64,000 nt of DNA from Sphingomonadales bacterium. Its GTDB lineage: Bacteria; Pseudomonadota; Alphaproteobacteria; Sphingomonadales; Sphingomonadaceae. The DNA lies in NCBI GenBank assembly GCA_038225475.1, contig JBBRRA010000004.1, positions 168,710-232,709 of the forward strand. The letters run 5' to 3'. The translations under genes and the position numbers were made by a program. Shown one piece after another: positions 60,848 to 64,000 of the stretch. The notes under the pieces were generated by a model. That model was not told the DNA's origin, did no database searches, and worked only from the letters and a program-made list of their open reading frames with translations. Positions within the stretch are counted from its first letter, which is position 1; each line of letters begins with the position of its first letter.

Positions 60848-61642
60848 TCAGAAGCGTGTCGCCAAGCCGACATAAAGTTCGATTTCGGGAGTGTCGCGGT
60901 TCAGCCCGGCATTCGCACCGATATCGAACTGCAGATTGGGCGTCGCCTTGGGTACCCATGCAGCGGAGAAATCCGCCGATAGCTGCGTGATCGGCTGATC
61001 GGGATCGGCGTTGCGGCGGCCCCAAAACTCTGCGCCCAGCGTCACCGCGCCGATCGGGTGCGACACTGCGACCACCCCGGTATAGGCGGCATGGCTGCCA
61101 TGTCCGCTGGCGTTCGGGAACAGGTCGATTTCGGGCGTGGCAGCAAAGCCGAACCCGGCCGGAAGTGCCGCTGCGAACGGCAGCAGCACGCCGCCCGTCC
61201 AGTCGCCCGCGCCCTGGCCGCCGGTCGCGGTAGGGGCGGTGACGAACGGCTGCACCGCCACCGAGACTCCGCTGCCGTCGGGGCGCAGCAACGACTGGCG
61301 AAGCGCGAAGCTGACATCGCCGACTCCGCGCATGGTGCCGCCGCCGCTGTGCATGTGGCTGAGTGCGAACGGCGTCCATCCCAGCTGCACCTCGGTCGTC
61401 GGGCCAAGGCCGAACCGGACGACGGTCGCACCGAACGCCCAATTGTCGACGGCATTGCCCGGCTGGCGCGTCAACGCCGCATCGACCAGCCCGACCTCGA
61501 TCTGCAGTTTGCCAGTATCGAGGATGCACGGCGGCGTTACCTTGCCCGGCCGGTTTACGCACAACGGCCGCGCTTCGTCGGCGGCTGCGGCTCCGGCCCA
61601 AAGTGCGGCTGCGAACAGGAACGGGATCCAAATGTTTGCCAT
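60848..61642 (-). CDS. outer-membrane beta-barrel ('transporter'/MetA-pathway family-like)
   Basis: Signal peptide; CVNRPG..TPPC; GVGDVSFALR; alternating beta-strands; terminal Phe (GLATRF). Confidence 0.8.
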   Translation of the reverse strand: MANIWIPFLFAAALWAGAAAADEARPLCVNRPGKVTPPCILDTGKLQIEVGLVDAALTRQPGNAVDNWAFGATVVRFGLGPTTEVQLGWTPFALSHMHSGGGTMRGVGDVSFALRQSLLRPDGSGVSVAVQPFVTAPTATGGQGAGDWTGGVLLPFAAALPAGFGFAATPEIDLFPNASGHGSHAAYTGVVAVSHPIGAVTLGAEFWGRRNADPDQPITQLSADFSAAWVPKATPNLQFDIGANAGLNRDTPEIELYVGLATRF

Positions 61643-61764
61643 GGCGTCACACCTTAACGACCCGGCAGGCATCGTCACGCCCAATCGCACTTGGCGCTGC
61701 GCGCGACGGTATCGACAGATGCGTTTTGTGCTATGCAGCGGCAGCTAACGATGAGGAACTGTCG

Positions 61765-63186
61765 ATGTTCGATCATGTCGCCGCGATCGATCTGGCGCGG
61801 ATGCAGTTTGCCTTCACGGTCTCGTTCCACTTCATCTTTCCGGCGCTGTCGATCGGGCTCGCCAGCTATCTCGCCGTGCTCGAGGGGCTATGGCTGCGGA
61901 CCGGCCGCGAAGTCTATCTGACGCTCTTCAAATACTGGCTCAAGATCTTCGCAATCGCGTTCGGCATGGGCGTCGTTTCGGGCATCGTGATGGCGTATCA
62001 GTTCGGGACCAACTGGGCGGTATTCTCCGACAAGGCGGGCCCGGTCATCGGGCCGCTGATGGCCTATGAGGTGCTGACGGCATTCTTCCTCGAGGCCGGT
62101 TTCCTCGGGGTCATGCTGTTCGGGCAGGAGAAAGTCGGCAAGGCGCTGCACTTCACCGCAACGCTGGCGGTGGCGGCGGGCACATTCATCTCGGCGTTCT
62201 GGATCATCGTGGTCAATTCGTGGATGCAGACGCCGCAAGGCTTTGCCATCAACGCCAAGGGGCAGTTCGTGCCGGCCGACTGGCTGGTGATCATCTTCAA
62301 CCCGTCGATGCCGTACCGGCTCGTCCATACTGTGCTCGGCGCGTATCTGACCGTGGCGTTCGTGGTCGGCGGCGTCGGCGCGTGGCATCTGCTGCGCGAG
62401 CGCCACAACCGCGGCGGACCGAGCGAGGGCACGCGCGTCATGTTCTCGATGGCAATGTGGATGGCAGCGATCGTCGCGCCGCTGCAGATTCTTGCCGGGC
62501 ACACGCAAGGGGCGAACACGCTCGCTTATCAACCCGCCAAGGTCGCCGCGATGGAGGGCAATTATCAAAGCTATCCCGACGGCGCGCCGTTGACGCTGTT
62601 CGGCATTCCCGATCAGGCAGCGGGCACGCTGCGCCATGCGGTGCAAATCCCCAACATCGGGTCACTGGTGCTCAAGGGCGACCTGCATGCGCCGGTCGAG
62701 GGTCTCGATGCCTTTCCTCGCAGCGACTGGGCGCCGGTCAATATCGTCTTCTGGTCGTTCCGGCTGATGGTCGGCATCGGCGTCGGGATGGCGGCGCTCG
62801 GGCTTTGGAGCCTGCTCGGCCGCGTCACGGGCAATCTGTATGAATGGCCGTGGATGCACCGCTTTGCCGTGCTGATGGGGCCGACCGGCTTTGTGGCGGT
62901 GATCGCGGGGTGGACGACCACCGAAAGTGGCCGCCAGCCGTTCACGGTCTTTCACCTGCTTCGCACCGCGCAGTCGGTTTCGCCGCTGGCGGCCCCGGCG
63001 GTAGCGTCGTCGCTGATCGCATTCGTGATCGTCTATTTCGCGGTGTTCGGCGCCGGGACGTGGTTCATCCTGCGCCTGATGGGGCATTCGCCGCATCCGG
63101 GCGAGCGGGGACCGATGCGGTCCGAGACGACGCGCACCGCGGGGCTTACCCCCGCGCCGCAGCACGTGCTTGGCCCGGCGGAGTAG
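61765..63186 (+). CDS. cydA: cytochrome bd-type oxidase subunit I (short Q-loop)
   Basis: ARMQFAFTVSFHFIFP, FGMGVVSG, FFLEAGF, NSWMQTP, HTV, MEG, GWTTTESGRQP. Confidence 0.96.
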   Translation: MFDHVAAIDLARMQFAFTVSFHFIFPALSIGLASYLAVLEGLWLRTGREVYLTLFKYWLKIFAIAFGMGVVSGIVMAYQFGTNWAVFSDKAGPVIGPLMAYEVLTAFFLEAGFLGVMLFGQEKVGKALHFTATLAVAAGTFISAFWIIVVNSWMQTPQGFAINAKGQFVPADWLVIIFNPSMPYRLVHTVLGAYLTVAFVVGGVGAWHLLRERHNRGGPSEGTRVMFSMAMWMAAIVAPLQILAGHTQGANTLAYQPAKVAAMEGNYQSYPDGAPLTLFGIPDQAAGTLRHAVQIPNIGSLVLKGDLHAPVEGLDAFPRSDWAPVNIVFWSFRLMVGIGVGMAALGLWSLLGRVTGNLYEWPWMHRFAVLMGPTGFVAVIAGWTTTESGRQPFTVFHLLRTAQSVSPLAAPAVASSLIAFVIVYFAVFGAGTWFILRLMGHSPHPGERGPMRSETTRTAGLTPAPQHVLGPAE

Positions 63187-63190
63187 CATC

Positions 63191-64000
63191 ATGCACATCG
63201 ACCTGACGATCGTCTGGGCCGGCATTATCGGCTTTGCGGTGTTCGCCTATGTCGTCATGGACGGCTTCGATCTTGGCATCGGCATCCTGTTTCCGCTGCT
63301 CGACAAGGGCGAGCCGCGCAACGCCGCGATCAATTCGGTCGCGCCGGTGTGGGACGGTAACGAAACCTGGCTGGTGCTCGGCGGTGGCGGGCTGCTTGCC
63401 GCATTCCCGCTCGCCTATGCGATCATCATGCCTGCGGTTTATGTGCCGATCATCGCGATGCTGCTCGGGCTGGTGTTTCGCGGCGTGGCGTTCGAGTTTC
63501 GGGCGCGCACCGGGCGGTTGTGGATCTGGGACGGCGCGTTTGCATTCGGGTCGATGCTGGCGGCGCTGGCGCAGGGCATCACGCTCGGCGCGATCCTGCA
63601 GGGGATTACCGTCCACGGGCGCGGCTATGGCGGCGGCTGGTGGGATTGGCTCAGTCCGTTCTCGCTGCTGACCGGGGTTGCCGTGGTGATCGGCTACGCG
63701 CTGCTAGGCGCATGCTGGCTGATTTTCCGGACCGAGGGTGCATTGCAGGACCGCTGTTTTGCGCTGGCAAAATGGCTCGGCGTGGCCACGCTGGGCGTGG
63801 TGATCGCGGTCAGCGCGGCGACGCCGTTCCTTAGCCATGACTATTACTCGCGCTGGTTCCGCGCGCCGGGCATCTATCTGACTGCGCCGGTGCCGATCCT
63901 GGTCGCCGTCACCGCGCTGCTGTTCGTCCGGGCGTTGGCACGGCGTGCCGAGCTGGCACCGTTCCTGCTGGCGCTCAGTGTGTTCCTGCTGAGCTATATC
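63191..64000 (+). CDS. cydB: cytochrome bd-type oxidase subunit II, 3' end runs off the window
   Basis: Manual translation: MHIDLTIVWAGIIGFAVFAYVVMDGFDLGIGILFP..PVWDGNETWLVLGGG..RGVAFEFR. Confidence 0.95.
   Translation, partial: MHIDLTIVWAGIIGFAVFAYVVMDGFDLGIGILFPLLDKGEPRNAAINSVAPVWDGNETWLVLGGGGLLAAFPLAYAIIMPAVYVPIIAMLLGLVFRGVAFEFRARTGRLWIWDGAFAFGSMLAALAQGITLGAILQGITVHGRGYGGGWWDWLSPFSLLTGVAVVIGYALLGACWLIFRTEGALQDRCFALAKWLGVATLGVVIAVSAATPFLSHDYYSRWFRAPGIYLTAPVPILVAVTALLFVRALARRAELAPFLLALSVFLLSYI

Overview
A GC-rich alphaproteobacterial chromosome segment, most likely Sphingomonadales. This is inferred from three PEPxxWA-CTERM proteins, mreBCD-mrdA-rodA beside mutL, head-to-head miaA/serB, and ruvX-pyrB-pyrC'-SPOR. 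From about 25.3 kb onward the window is mostly housekeeping genes (Nramp, mre/mrd, mutL, leuA, ilvBNC, miaA, serB, gatCAB, pyrBC, IOR, cydAB) with small accessory insertions. The left ~25 kb is accessory. Its centre is a tightly packed 9-gene operon (5691-20516) with several overlapping stop/start junctions. It encodes a signal-peptide-less S8 protease, a free-standing copy of that protease's prodomain-like segment, five related 724-808 aa proteins of unknown function, a possible ABBA-type prenyltransferase and a single-domain class II terpene-cyclase-like protein. The five large proteins share a PD..F(Y/F).P core and ~95-aa beta-rich repeats. The operon is divergent from a NarL-type two-component system and converges on a patatin and GH19 pair. 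I cannot match it to a described system, and it is the main candidate for novelty. Other highlights are a palindromic operator found upstream of three genes, a trypsin-like protease beside a Shiga-toxin-B-like small protein (possible AB5-like pair), an AT-shifted patch inside gatB, and a miaA that appears to need a non-canonical ATT start. No rRNA, tRNA, CRISPR array or IS element was recognised. All alignments and counts were done by eye, with no database searches.
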